Shown in pieces: positions 13,070 to 24,754 of a stretch of 64,000 nucleotides of DNA; the stretch's first letter is position 1, and every line of letters begins with the position of its first letter. Below the pieces are notes generated by a model. It was not told the DNA's origin, made no database searches, and saw only the letters and a program-made list of their open reading frames with translations. The translations under genes were made by a program, and so were the position numbers. This stretch comes from Prorocentrum cordatum (lineage: Eukaryota). The DNA lies in NCBI GenBank assembly GCA_963575745.1, contig CAUYUJ010000059.1, positions 310,001 through 374,000 of the forward strand, read 5' to 3'.

Positions 13070-13575
13070 TATTAATAATGGTGTATGGTTTCGGTGCCGC
13101 GGATGTCAAATAGTTTATTGTGGTTTATGGCACCGGGGCCGCGAGCATGGCGCAATTCATATGGGTTCCTGGCCTCGGGGGCGCAAACATTGTGCAATTT
13201 ACTATGGTTTAGGGCCTTCGGGGATGGGAATCTCGCATATGTTGCGAAGGTGCGTAGCCTCGGGGGCGCAAGCCTGGTGTAATTTACCAGGGTCAGTGGC
13301 CCTGGGGACGCGCATTTTGTGTCACTTTCAAAGGTTTAGAGGGGGCGCGAGCATGATGCAATTTACATGTGTTTATGGTCTCGGGGGCGCGAACATTGTT
13401 TAATTTACGATGGGCCATGGCTTCGGGGGCGCGAATATTGTTAAATTTACAAGGGATTGTGGCTTCGAGGGCGCGAGTATGGCGCAATCTACAAATTTGC
13501 ATGGCCCCGGGGGCGCGAATCTGATGTAATTCGCTAGGGGGCATGGCTTCGGGGACACGAATACCATGTATTTAA
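13070..13575. repeat. Degenerate 42-bp minisatellite (GGCTTCGGGGGCGCGAA...AATTTAC)
   Basis: Anchors at 13377, 13419 and 13461. Confidence 0.85.
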
Positions 13576-14233
13576 ACGTGCCCCACGCCCCCCCAGGAAT
13601 TCAGACAACGCGATTTGGGCGCGGTAAAAAAACAGTCTTGGGGTCCCTCCCTTCGCGCGCTCAGCAACAATTAACAATGAGGAAACAAAAAGAAGGACTG
13701 TAACAGTGGAAACTGGAAGCTGCAACTGGAACAGGGAGCTGCAATCCTCATCCTCGCAGCCTGGTGGCCCCGCAAGGGGGCCGGCGGATTATTCGAGGGG
13801 CGGTCGTGGGGTTTCTGATCTGAGTTGCGTGCGCCTTTTGCTCGCATATAGTTCGAGCGCGCGTTGCGGCCGAGGTGCCGAGGTTAGTTTCGCCTCTGCC
13901 TGCTCGAGTCACGCGTTGGCCCAGGTGGGCAACCCGACCTTCCGGAGTGAATGTGCGTTGGTTTCTAGCTTGTGCGGCTACGGTGGGCGCTCGCGACAGT
14001 CTGTTCTTGCGCATCGCATCGCGCTCAAGGCCGCCGACTGCCAGCGCCTGGGAACATTCCGCACAGGCTGCCAGCCTCGGCGCGCGCTTCGTGATCGGCC
14101 CTACGAGGTGCGCCGATTCGCTCGCAACACTGCGCCAGAAAAATTAAGCGAGGCCCTTGCTTTCTCTCTGATGGCCCCCGTCCGAAGCTTGCACTTCGGA
14201 GTGCAAACAGCCCTGCTCTTTCGGGGCCAAGTC

Positions 14234-15016
14234 TGGGAGTTCATGGACTGCACAAGGGTGAGAATGTTTTCGTTGTGTAAAGGCTCGCTCGCTCTGCACG
14301 GATGACGTTCGCATCCGAATGTCAGCGCGCTAAGACTCGAGCAGCGCTGATGCTCCCAGGATGTCAGCCGAAAAACGTTGCGCCGCCGAAATCATGGGAG
14401 TGCTTGAACAGGAACGATTTCAAGATTTAGCATGTTTGGTCTGCCGGTGCCCCCTCACCCCCGCGATATCTCTTGGTCGTCTCCAAACCAGGTGGTGAGA
14501 CACCCGGTGGTGACCCCGATTCCCCCAAAAAATAATTCTGGGTCACCACCGGGTTTGGGGACACGCGGTCGCCACGAGGTTTTGCGTTTCCTGGGCCAGC
14601 CAGCGCTCGACAACCATTACCCAAATCGCCCAAAACTCACCACCGGGTGTTCTCACCACCACGTTTGGGGACCACCAAATCTCGGGCGAACAGCTACCCG
14701 AGTTTCCGCCCCAAGGCAAACCCTTAGATGCCGCATCGCAGGCGCGTTTCAGGGATAGGATCCGTCCCGAGCATCAGTGGGCGGAGGCTCGTGCGCAGCA
14801 TCTCTCCGTAGGGCATCCTGGCTCGCCCTACCCGCATCCGCCCTTCCTTCGGACCGATTCGGAGGTCCATGGCCGCTCAAGGGTGCGAACGTTTCCTCTG
14901 TGTAGAGGCTCGTCCTTTCTGCACGGACGACGTTCGCATCTTATTGTCGGCGCGCTAAGAGTTGAGCAGTGCAGATGCTCTCATAATGTCCGCCGAGAAA
15001 CGTTACACCGTCGAAG
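14234..15016. repeat. Diverged direct repeat of about 160 bp (14234-14391 and 14859-15016)
   Basis: Shared CAAGGGTG, TCTGCACGGAYGACGTTCGCATC, GCGCGCTAAGA and GATGCTC in register. Confidence 0.8.
14473..14678. mobile_element. MITE-like palindromic element
   Basis: TIR TTGGTCGTCTCCAAACCAGGTGGTGAGACACCCGGTGGTGA versus TCACCACCGGGTGTTCTCACCACCACGTTTGGGGACCACCAA. Confidence 0.75.
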
Positions 15017-15474
15017 TGTGTATATATATATATATATATACATACATACCTATATATATATGTATATATATGTGCATGTAAGTATACGGTGTGAATGTAA
15101 TTGCATCTGCAAGTGTATATGTTTGTGCACAGGTATATGATTATGAGTAAGAGGAGAAGGAGGAGGACAAGGAGGAGGAGGAGGGATAATATAACAGGAG
15201 ACAGAGAAGGACTGACCACAAACAGTGCCCATCGGCAGCTGGCGCTTCCAATCTTCCCGACCTACAGGGGGAGGAGGAGGAGCAGCAGGAGGAGGAGGCG
15301 CAGGAGGAGGAGGAGCAACAGCAGGGGCCGCGGAAAGGTCTGTGAGAGGGAGAGAAAAAGAGAGAGAGAGAGAGGTAGAGGCAACGAAAGAGAAGGAGAA
15401 GGAGAGAGAGAGAGAGAGAACAAGGGTGATATATAGATAGAGAGAGAGAGAGAGAAAGAGATATGTTAAGGTAA

Positions 15475-15505
<31 letters not shown>

Positions 15506-16232
15506 TGGAGAGGCAGAGGGAGCGCGCGCAAGTTTTGCCGATGACGCAGTTTCGAAGAGGAGAGAAAGGAGCACAAGGTCACATCATCACCCCCGGCGCC
15601 GCTGCTTCCTGTGTGGGCCTGGGGAGTGGGGGACGAGAGGAGGATTCCCAGAGGGGGTGCTCCAGAGGGCAGCGGCGCCGGCTCCACGGGGTGGTGGGGG
15701 CGAAACATTTGGTTTGCTGGAGATTGCCGTGACGTGCCCCAGGGCTGAACCCAAACGGTGTTTTTCGTGCTCGTTTCGTCTTCGCTCTCCCTCGTGTTGT
15801 CTTCAACCCGCCCTTCCCGCAGAACGAAGTCGAAGAGATCGCCCGAACACCGTTCATGTCCACCCCTGGCGTGCTCCATGAGGCCCCATGCTCATCGGAG
15901 CCCAGATGGCCGCACAAAGTCCAGACGGCGCGCCTGTGAAGTCTTTCGCCCCCCCAGAAATAACCTCACCGCCGTGAAGCACCTTTGCCCATGAGATCCC
16001 TGTGGCGCACCCCTGGAGCCCCGCTGCCTGTGAAGCGCTGCCGCCCGCTGCCACGGACGTCTTGTGGCGGGCCGCCCAGAGAGAGCCCCCGTGCTTCACG
16101 AAGCCCCGCCGGCCCACCGAGGCATGCCGCGCACGCCGTTCCTGTGGCGCGCCCCCGAAGCCCCGCCGCCCAGGAGGCCCCGCGGGCCCCCGAACCCGCG
16201 CCGCCCTTGCAGCCCCGCGGCCCACGAGCGAG

Positions 16233-16321
16233 GTGATCCTGGCGTGCTCCATGAGGTCCCACTGCCGCGGGCTGTGCGCGGTCTGCGCGGACCGCGAGAA
16301 GAAGCTCCTCCTCGGCCCGAG
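16233..16321 (+). CDS. Exon of ZNFX1-like helicase gene (VILACSMRSHCRGLCAVCADREKKLLLGPR)
   Basis: GCGAG|GTG acceptor, CCGAG|GC donor, phase-2 join to 21614 giving LLLGPRGPHASTHVYDG. Confidence 0.7.
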
Positions 16322-17337
16322 GCCGGGGGGCAGAAGACGGTACCCACACCCGCGCGCTCCTCCTGCTCCTCCTCCTCCTCCTCCTCCTCCTCCTCCTCCT
16401 CCTCCCTCCTCCTCCTCCTCCTCCTCCTCCTCCTCCTCCTCCTCCTCTCCTCCTCCTCCCTCCTGCCTCCTCCTGCTCCTCCTTCCTCCTCCTCCTCCTC
16501 CTCCTCATCCTCCTCCTCCTCCTCCTCCTCCTCCTCCTCCTCCTCCTCCTCCTCCTCCTCCTCCTCCTCCTCCCCCTCCCCCTCCCCTCCTCCTCCTCCT
16601 CCTCCTCCTCCTCCTCCTCCTCCTCCTCCTCCTCCTCCCCCTCCTCCTCCTCCTCCTGCTCCTCCTCCCTCCTCCTCCCAGAGAGAAGAAGAACGAGGTC
16701 CGAGGCACCCGTCCCCAACGTGGTGCCCAGAAGGACACAGAACGCCGCGGAGGACGGTGCCGAAACCACCACCGCGGCTGACGGCACGGATGCCGCCTTA
16801 AGCGAACATCCGTGGAGGGGGAGGGCCAGGTTCGTGCGGCAGCAGGGGCGGCCCGGCAGAGGCGGGGAAAAGAGAGGGGAGGGGCGGTCGGGGGCGTTGG
16901 CGGTCGGGTCGGGTCGGCGGTGGTGGTCGTCGTCGTGGTCGCGGCGCTGTCGTGCTAGGAGGGGTCGTGGTCGTGGTCCCTGTTGGCGGTGGTCGCGGTG
17001 GTTGTCGTGCTGGCGCTGGTCGTGGTCGTGGTCGTGGCGCTGGTGGTCGTGGCGCTGGCCGTCTTCGCCCACGCGGCGGTCGTGGTGATCGTGGTGGTCG
17101 TGGGGGTTCTGGTCGTGGTCGCGCGGGTGTTTGTCGCGCCGGTGGCGGTCAAGCTTGTGGTGGCCGTGTTGTGTGGTCATGCTGACGGCGATCGTGGTGG
17201 TCGCAGGGATTCTGGGGGTCGTGGTGCGGGTCGCGGTCGCTGGTGGCGGTTGTGGTGGACAGGGCTGCCGTGGTGGTCGGTCAGGGCGGTGGCGGCAGTC
17301 GCGGCGGCTATGGTGGCGTCCGCTGAGGGCTGCCGGC

Positions 17338-19900
17338 TCAGCGCCCTAGCACGCTCAGCATCATATCAGCGCTACCCCTTTGGAGGGTCCCGCTGATCTG
17401 CCGCCAGAGTCCGCCCAGCAGCTCGGAGCGGTCGCTGTCGTCGAGACCGGCTCCGTAGCTGCGGACGAAGCTGGCTGATTCGTCGCTGGGCCGCCCCCCC
17501 GTCTCGAAGACTAGGGGGACCAGCTCGCCCCCGTGCGGGGGGTACCGCTCCCTCTTGTTGTCCAACGCCTGGGCGGCCGCCAAACCATACTTGTCGGCCC
17601 AGGCCCCCCTGCGTGGAGCGTAGGTTGAGTGTACGCAGGTGATGCTCCAGTCGACGTAGACGTGGCGTCCGGTGGGTGGGTCGTTGGTGGAGAGGTCCAG
17701 AACCGCTTGCTGGAGCACCCCCGTGCACGGGTGTCGGCGGTCCCAGGCGGGAACGGATTGCTCTGTGGGCGCGGCGAAGCCTGTGAGCTCGGCGTGCTTC
17801 GCAGAGTGCCAGTCGCGGCAGCTGTTGTGGCGTTTGTTGCGGGACTCACCCACCTCACACTTGACTGCGTGCCAGCCGTGAGGGTCCAGGAGCTCGTTGC
17901 ACAAACTGCCGTCCTGGCGGCGGTGCTGGCAGCGAGAGACAGGCGGGCAGACTGGGATCAGAGGCGCCGCTTCAGGTTGCCGCAGAAATGCGGGTCGGGC
18001 TGGCGGGGGTCGTCTGGCTGGCGCGGGAGGAGCCAGCTGGAGGCGCCCGTGCCTCCGTTTTCCCGCAAGCGTAAGGGGCGGTCCTCGTCGAGCGTCCGCA
18101 GCAGCTTCTCCCTGTTGGCCGCGGAGGCTGTCTTGCCCCAGTGGTTCTGCAGCTTGGGCCGTGGTTCTGCTGTGCAGCCTATCCAGTCGAAAGGCGCCTG
18201 GAGGGCGTCTGCTGCTCGGAGAGCTGCCTCCGCCTGGTCGGGCGTCTGCTGCGTCCGCGGGCAACGGGCTCGGAATTCCTTTAGCGAGCTGGCTCCGAGG
18301 CAGGCCATTACTTCTTGAAGCAGGAGGGCCCAGCTAGCAGCGTAGGCAGCGGACGCCGTCTGGGTAGCCGACGAGGACGCGCATCCGCCGTCGGCAAGGC
18401 GCAGTGTGGCCAGGAGCCGCTGTTGGGGGTCCAAGGTTCCGCCGGCGAGCTCCTCCAGGCAGCCGAAAAACACGCGGTCCAGCTGCTCCGTCCCTGAAGG
18501 TTGGCGCGAAGGCGGTGCGTGACGCATCCGCAGGCGAAGGTCAGCAGAAGAGTGAAGGCGCTCTCGGCCCGCAGACCCGCCGTTCGCAGCTCTTGTAGGC
18601 GGGCGGCAAACGCCGTTGCCTTGGCCACGGCCGTGGTTCCGTCCAGGCCGGCGTGGATAGTCACCCTTTCTTCCTCCTCCTCCTCATCCTTCTCCTCCTC
18701 CAGCTCCTCCTCCTCCTCCTCCTCCTCCTTCTCCTGCCTCCTGCTCCTCCCCTGCTCAAGCCAGGGGGCAGCGTTTCCCAAACACGTGAAGTGGTTGACC
18801 CAGCGCTCCTGGACGGTGGCAGGCAAGCGGCCGCGCCCCCCCGCGGACCATGCCTGTGTCTTGGTCTGGTTGACTGTAAGACCGTGTCGGGTGAGGGGGT
18901 GAGGGTGTCGGTCACGACCTGCATGGCTGCGTTCGCGTGCTCTGGCGGGACGAAGACCATGATGTCGTCGAGGTAGCTGAAAACCCTGCAGGAGGTAGAG
19001 AGGGCCTGGAGGTGTCCGTAGACTTCGTCGAGCGCGTCCGCAATGCCGATTGCGAAGAGTGCCAGCGAGAGCGGGCAACCCTGGTCCACGCCGCTGCTAA
19101 CCCGAATGCGGTGGGCGTCGTCTGCGGGGTCGTCTCACCAGTAGTGCCGCGTGGTGCCCGTGAGCCAGCTGTGGGTACTCTGGAACAGCCGCGGGGCCCG
19201 CTGACGCACGCTGTCCAGCACCCTGCCCCTGGGGATGCTGTTGAATGCGTTGGAGCAGTCGAACGCCAAGGCGACCCCAAGCGGGCACGCTTCCGAGAGC
19301 GCAGTGAGACATTTGTGCACGAGTTCGCAACCCGCCGCGCGGCCGACTGCGTATTGGTGGGGGCCGACTGCGGCCTTTATGTCGTCTTTAAAGACGTCGC
19401 AGGCGGCTCTCGCAGCGAGGCGGCGGAGAACGGAGCCGCACGCAATCGGCCGGAGGGTCCCGTTACGCTTACGCTGGGCCAACAGCCAGGCCCCCAAGTT
19501 GGCGCGCGTGGCCTCCAGGCTGAGCTCGCCGAGCAGGAGCGACCGTGACGCCGGCCACCGCCTCGAGAGCGGGAGTGTCCGCCAGCAGCGCGCGCCAGTG
19601 CTCGAACCAATTGCCATTGGGCCCCGGTCCGAAACAACACAAACTCTTCACCAAACTCTTGGCTGCGACCGCAACCAGGGCTGCGCGAGTGTCGTCGTCT
19701 GGTGCGGCTGGCGCTTTTGAGAGGTGCTGTTCTGGCCCCTCTGGAAGGAGGCTCTGGAGGCCGGCCTGGACGCCGGGCCCCGCGGCCAGCGCGCTTGGGC
19801 GGAGGGCTGGCTGCATCACCGTGCTGATGAGGTGTTCGTCCAGCAGCGATTCCACCGCCTGGGCGTCCTGCTTGGCTGTTGGAGCGCTGCCTCCTCTCCA
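17338..19900 (-). mobile_element. Decayed CRE-clade non-LTR retrotransposon (RT, C-terminal zinc finger, restriction-like endonuclease)
   Basis: LRPIACGSVLRRL, PHQYAVG, AFDCSNAFNSIPR, QGCPLS and YLDD (18964-18975), then C..LDPHGWHAVKC, RHN, YVDWSIT, KRERY and VPLVFETGGR. Frameshifted, with a (GAG)n insertion at about 18668-18755. Confidence 0.9.
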
Positions 19901-19904
19901 TGCA

Positions 19905-20362
19905 TCCCTCCCTCCCTCTCTCCCTCCTCCCTCCTCCTCCTCCTCCTCCTCCTCCTCCTCCTCCTCCTCCTCCTTCTCCTCCTCCTCCTCCTCCTCCTCC
20001 TCCTCCTCATCCTCCTCATCCTCCCTCCTCCTCCTCCTCCTCCTCCTCCTCCTCCTCCTCCTCCTCCTCCTCCTCCTCCTCCTCCTCCTCCTCCCTCCTC
20101 CCCTCCTCCTCCTCCCTCCCTCCTCCTCTCTCCTCCTCCTCCTCCTCCTCCTCCTCCTCCTCCTCCTCCTCCTCCTCCCCCCTCCCCCTCCTCCCCCCCC
20201 TCTCCCTCTTTCCTCCTCCTCCTCCTCCTCCTCTCCTCCTCCTCCTCCTCCTCCTCCTCCTCCTCCCCCTCCTCCTCCTCCCCCTTCCTCCTTTTCCTCC
20301 TCCTCCTCTTCCTCACTCCTCACCATCATCAGCATCAGCATCATATTCATCATCAGCATCAC

Positions 20363-20400
<38 letters not shown>

Positions 20401-20455
20401 GCATCAGCATCAGCATCAGCATCAGCATCAGCATCATATTCAGCATCAGCATCAG

Positions 20456-20488
<33 letters not shown>

Positions 20489-21610
20489 GATCATCCTCAT
20501 CCTCATCCTCATCCTCATCATCATCATCATACTAAGATTTGTCCTCCTCCTCCTCCCTCTCCTCCTCCTTTTATTTGTCCTTCCCCTCCTTTTCCTCCTC
20601 GCTCTCCTCCTCCTCCTCCTCCTCCTCCTCCTCCTCCTGCTCCTCCTCCTCCTCCTCCTCCTCCTCCTCCTCCTCCTCCTCCTCCTCCTCCTCCTCCTCC
20701 TCCTCCCTGTTATCATTCTGTCTCCTCCTCATCCTTCTCCTCCTCATCCTCCTCCTTTCTTCTCCCCCCTCCCCATCCATCTCTCCTCCTCCCTCTCCCT
20801 CCCTTCCCTCTGCTGATCCCTCTCCCTCATATTTCGTCCCGTCTCCTTCCCTGTTCCTTTTCCGCTTCCCCACGTTATCGTTGTCCGCATCTTCTCTTTC
20901 CTTATCTACCATTCCATCACTCCCCCCGTGCCCCTTTTTTCCCCTCCTCCTGTGCCCCCTACTCACCCTCCTCTCCGGAAGGGTGGGGGGGGGGGGGAAG
21001 AAGGGGGAAGAGGGAGGAGGAGAAGGAGGAGGAGGAGGAGGAGGAAAAGGAGGGAGGAGGAGGAGGAGGAGGAGGATTCCTGCTGCGCGGACCACGCTGA
21101 GTTCGTCGCGCTACGCCTATGTCGTCAGCACTCTATTCGCGCCCACCGAACGCTACAGCATACCAGCTCGAGTCCGCGCAGCGCCAAAAGTAGGAGGAGG
21201 AGGAGGAGGAGGAGGAGAAAGAGCATGATCGAGGCGGAGGAGGATCGAAGATCTGGGTTCGGGGGGCGTTTCTCTTCTCTCCTCTCTTGGCCTGCGGGCG
21301 GCCTCCAGAGGCCCACGGGGACCGCCAGGGCCTTCCGGGGGCCCTCCGGTGCCTGGGGGGGGAGGGCCAGCGGGCCAGCGAGGGGGCCAGGACCCGAGGG
21401 CCCGAGGAGGCAGGCGCAGGCGCGTGGGCGCGCGGGCTTTGGGGCTCCCTCCTCCCCCTCCTCCTCCTCCCCCTCCCCTCCTCCTCCCCCTTCCTCTCCT
21501 CCTCCTCCTCCCTCCTCCTCCTCCTCCCTCCTCCTCCTCCTCCTCCTCCTCCTCCTCCTCCTCCTCCTCCTCCTCCTCCTCCGCCTCCTCCTCCTCCGCC
21601 TCCTCCTGGC
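19905..21610. repeat. Compound microsatellite block: (CCT)n, (CAT/CAG)n, (CCT)n, (GAG)n, (CCT)n
   Basis: Directly visible. Similar tracts at 100-230, 16357-16680, 24013-24430, 26312-26805 and 48293-48385. Confidence 0.95.
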
Positions 21611-21613
21611 CAG

Positions 21614-21692
21614 GGGGCCGCACGCGTCGACGCACGTCTACGACGGGCGCGTGTCGCGCGTGAGCGACGTGGACGGCAAGGTGTTCGTCGAG
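21614..21692 (+). CDS. Exon of ZNFX1-like helicase gene (GPHASTHVYDGRVSRVSDVDGKVFVE)
   Basis: CCAG|G acceptor after a (CCT)n tract, GAG|GA donor, GC3-rich codons, phase-0 join to 22108. Confidence 0.75.
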
Positions 21693-21694
21693 GA

Positions 21695-22101
21695 CAGGGG
21701 GCTCACGCCGGCTCCTCCGATCCGATCCGATTCGATGTCGACGGTTTCCGGTTCCGATTTGCTTCGACTCCGGACTCCGATCCAGGCTCCGGGTTCTCCA
21801 TGGAGGCCTATTGTCGGGGGTGGACAGAACCCCCAACAGTGACACGTCGATGAGTGAATTGCCCGTTTTCGGTTCTCGAGATGGCGCCGTGGCCGTCATT
21901 TTCCAGGCTTGCGCCCGCCAGGTTTGGGCCTCAGGTCGTTTTCACTAAACCACGTTTTACTAAAGGGGGGTCTGTCCATCCCCGATATTGGCCAGCCGAT
22001 GTATCCCGAGTCGACTTCTCCCGAATCGGTTGCCGATGTCCTCCGATCCGATTTATTTCGACTGCCGATCCGCCTCGTCAGCTCCATTCTGGGCTCTCCT
22101 G
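21695..22101. mobile_element. hAT-like non-autonomous element forming an intron
   Basis: 8-bp direct repeat GTCGAGGA (21687-21694, 22102-22109); termini CAGG...CCTG; the internal part is repeated at about 50635-50802. Confidence 0.7.
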
Positions 22102-22107
22102 GTCGAG

Positions 22108-22220
22108 GATTTCGAGAGCCGGCAGCCGCCGCAGCAGCACGTCATCCACTGGAGGAGCACGAAGCGGCTGCAGGCGCCCAACCTGGTCGGCGTGGTGCAC
22201 CTGGGCCCGGACGACGGCAG
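22108..22220 (+). CDS. Exon of ZNFX1-like helicase gene (DFESRQPPQQHVIHWRSTKRLQAPNLVGVVHLGPDDGR)
   Basis: IHWRSTKRLQAPNLV resembles the WxxSKRLxxGxLV motif upstream of the ZNFX1 helicase core. CAG|GC donor joins in phase 2 to 26845; AGGCGCG occurs at both intron ends. Confidence 0.8.
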
Positions 22221-22539
22221 GCGCGCGCGGCTGTGCGAAGCGTGCGCACGTCGTGCTGCGCAGGTCATGCAGGGGAGCTGCCCTGGCCAAGTCTGGCCTG
22301 CTAGGGGCTGAGCGCGTTGGCCCAGGATCCTGAGGAGGAAAAGGTACCCATACCGCTACCCTTCCCTCGTTTCCCCCTTTTTGGGCCTCCTGGGAGGCCC
22401 TCGTTGCCACCGCTGGATTCGCTTTGAAATTCTGGTCAGAACGCACCCCGGGAGAGGTCCGGGGAGTAGCGGTATCGGTACCTTTTGGTTTCCCCAGGGA
22501 CAGCCAGAGGTGGCCGTCGGAATCGGGGGCGGCCACGAG

Positions 22540-22712
22540 GGGGGTGATGACTAGGGGGGGGGGTGAGGGGCATCATGGCGGGGGCCATGAGATCTCCCCA
22601 GATGTCATGGCGCCTCTTCTGATTTCAACACGTCCCCCCTCCCTGGGCCGAGCACATGCCGCCAGCCATGATTTGCGCACCGCCCTCTCGGACGCCCCCC
22701 TCTTGCACGCCC
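22540..22712. repeat. Dispersed repeat, second copy at about 36710-36876
   Basis: GGGGGTGATGACTAGGGGGGG, TCATGGCGGGGGCCATGA, TCATGGCGCCTCTTCT and CACATGCCGCC are in both copies. Confidence 0.85.
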
Positions 22713-23794
22713 CCAACGGAATTGGGCTGGAGGTGTGGCCAGGGGAAGTGTTCGGTGTGCAGTTCTTTCCTGGCCAGGGGAAGTGTTCGGTGTGCAGTTC
22801 TTTCCACCACCACATGTTTCTTTTTTCTTGGGGGCGTGACGAATGGACGGCTCGCAAGTTGTTTTCAGTCTTGCACGCATCAACGCGGCAAATAGCAGCA
22901 AGCGGAAAAGGCAGTGAGTGAGGATGTGTACCCAGTCAGCCAGCTACCGTAGCGCTACTACATGCTGCACTCATGCGAGCCTCATTCTCCCCCTTCGTCT
23001 CTCGATTTCGTGAAGGGCTACGAGGGGAGAAGCCCTCTCCTTTTGTGCGACATGCGTTGTTCCCCCCCCCCCTCCTCTGTTTGCACCGCGAAATGTCGAC
23101 GCCCCAGAGCTCCGTAACACCGAGAGCTCTGTGGTTTCCGCGAGTTTGCTTGAGGGTTCTTTCAAGAGTTCTTGTGGGCCTATTGCGAGCTTGATGGGGC
23201 TCTTCGGGCCAACTTGCAAAATGTTGCGAGAATTGGGGGAATTTGGGGCATTTGGGGCATTTGGGGAGGGTCCTGGGGCCATCTAGCGGGCGTCTTGGGA
23301 CCGCCTCGGGCTGGTATTGAAGCCATCTTGGGGCGGTCTTGGGTCATCTCGAAGGCCTCTTGGAGTTGTGGACAGGGGGCGATTTGGGAGCTGCGGAGAG
23401 CCTCCTGGGAGCCATCTGTCTCTTGATGTTCTCTTCGGACTTCTCGCGGCCTCTAAAGTCGAATGACGGTTCGGGGCCAACAGCATTGAAGATCTTTCGG
23501 TTGTTGTGTGAAAACCGTATGATTTTTAAGAAGAGAACAGATCCCACGGAGAATTCCTTGGGTTTCTGCCAGCTGTTAGTTCCATGCTGAATCATCGTGT
23601 GCGCTCCCTTCTTCTCCCTCAAAAAAAAAATTGCAGATCTTTCGGTTGTGATATCGCCTTCGGCTCGTCCAGGGCCCCTCCTGGAGCGCCTCTCCGGTGC
23701 CCCTTGCGGCACCTGGGCTGCTGCCTCGTGGGCGGCCCACGGGCCTGCCAGGACGGCGCCACGTGCCGAGCAAAGAGGAGCGACCGGCACAGAT

Positions 23795-23955
23795 AGGGGG
23801 CCACGCGTGAACCCTACCCCCTACCCCCCACGATTTCCGAGGGGGAGGGAGGGGACGGTGGGGTGCACTTCGCTCGGGAGCTCCCGAGCGAAGTGAACCC
23901 CACCCTGCCCCTCGGAAATCGTGGGGGTAGGGGTAGAGCTCACACGTGGCCCCCT
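23795..23955. mobile_element. Near-perfect 160-bp palindrome (MITE-like)
   Basis: Loopless centre CACTTCGCTCGGGAG|CTCCCGAGCGAAGTG; outer arms AGGGGGCCACG / CGTGGCCCCCT. Confidence 0.8.
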
Positions 23956-24559
23956 GCGGAGCGCAGAGGCGAGAGCACCACTCCGGCCCGGGGGAGGGCG
24001 GCCAGCGCCGAGAGAGGAGGAGGAGGAGGAGGAGGCGGAGGAGGAGGAGGAGGAGGAGGAGGAGGAGGAGGAGGAGGAGGAGGAGGAGAGGAGGAGAGGA
24101 GGAGGAGGAGGAGGAGGAGGAGGAGGAGGGGAGGGAGGAGGAGGAGGGAGGAGGGAGGGAGGAGGGCCGGCCCGAGCTGATTTATGAGGCCCAGCGCGAG
24201 GTCGCCTTCTCCAGCCAGGAGGAGCGGGGTGGGGGAGGAGGAGGGGGGGGGCGGAGGAAGGGAGGGAGAGGAGAGGGGGGGAGAGGAGGAGGAGGAGGAG
24301 GAGGATGGGGAGGAGGAGGAGGAGGGAGGGGGAGGAGGGAGAGGGGAGGAGAGGAGGAGGGAAGGAGGTGGGGGGAGAGAGGGGAGGGGGGGCAGGGCAT
24401 GCAGGGAGGGAGGCGGAGAAGGGGGGAGGGGACGAGCCGGGAGGGTGGCAGGCGCGCTGAAGCGGGAGCACCGCCCGGAGCCAGGAGGCGGGGGTGGGTG
24501 CTGCATCCCCCCGGCCTTTCGGCCGTTCGGCCCCGGCCTGTCTTTTGGCGGCCCATATA

Positions 24560-24754
24560 GGGGAACAAAAAGTGTCATAAACATAACAACTCTGAGGTCC
24601 GCGCGGATTTCTCGGATCGGCGCTGGGGCCCCCGGGCGGCGCCTCCGGCGCCGCCCCTGGCGCGCTCCGCGCGCCAGGGAGGGGGGTCCAGCGCCGATCC
24701 GAGACATCCGCGCGGACCTCCGAGTTTTTATGTTTATGCCACTTTTTGCTCCCC
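24560..24754. mobile_element. TA-flanked MITE with about 70-bp TIRs and a T-shaped centre
   Basis: TA-GGGGAACAAAAAGTG...CACTTTTTGCTCCCC-TA; two internal perfect hairpins. Confidence 0.85.

Noticed and set aside
10352..13075. 907-aa ORF as an intact protein
   Set aside because: It wanders through alternative frames of a GC-rich decayed element; only short RNase H and YR segments are meaningful.
13070..13575. 42-bp repeats next to an RT and recombinase, as a possible guide or cassette array
   Set aside because: The whole unit is uniformly degenerate with no repeat-spacer structure; the adjacent genes are explained by a DIRS element.
19469..21899. Long poly-P/S/L/E/R/H ORFs (also at 3, 16, 24, 26 and 31-32 kb)
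   Set aside because: These are translations of trinucleotide microsatellites, open in several frames.
24165..24225. Possible micro-exon GRPELIYEAQREVAFSSQ
   Set aside because: Exons 22220 and 26845 already join in frame with a junction repeat, and there is no supporting motif.
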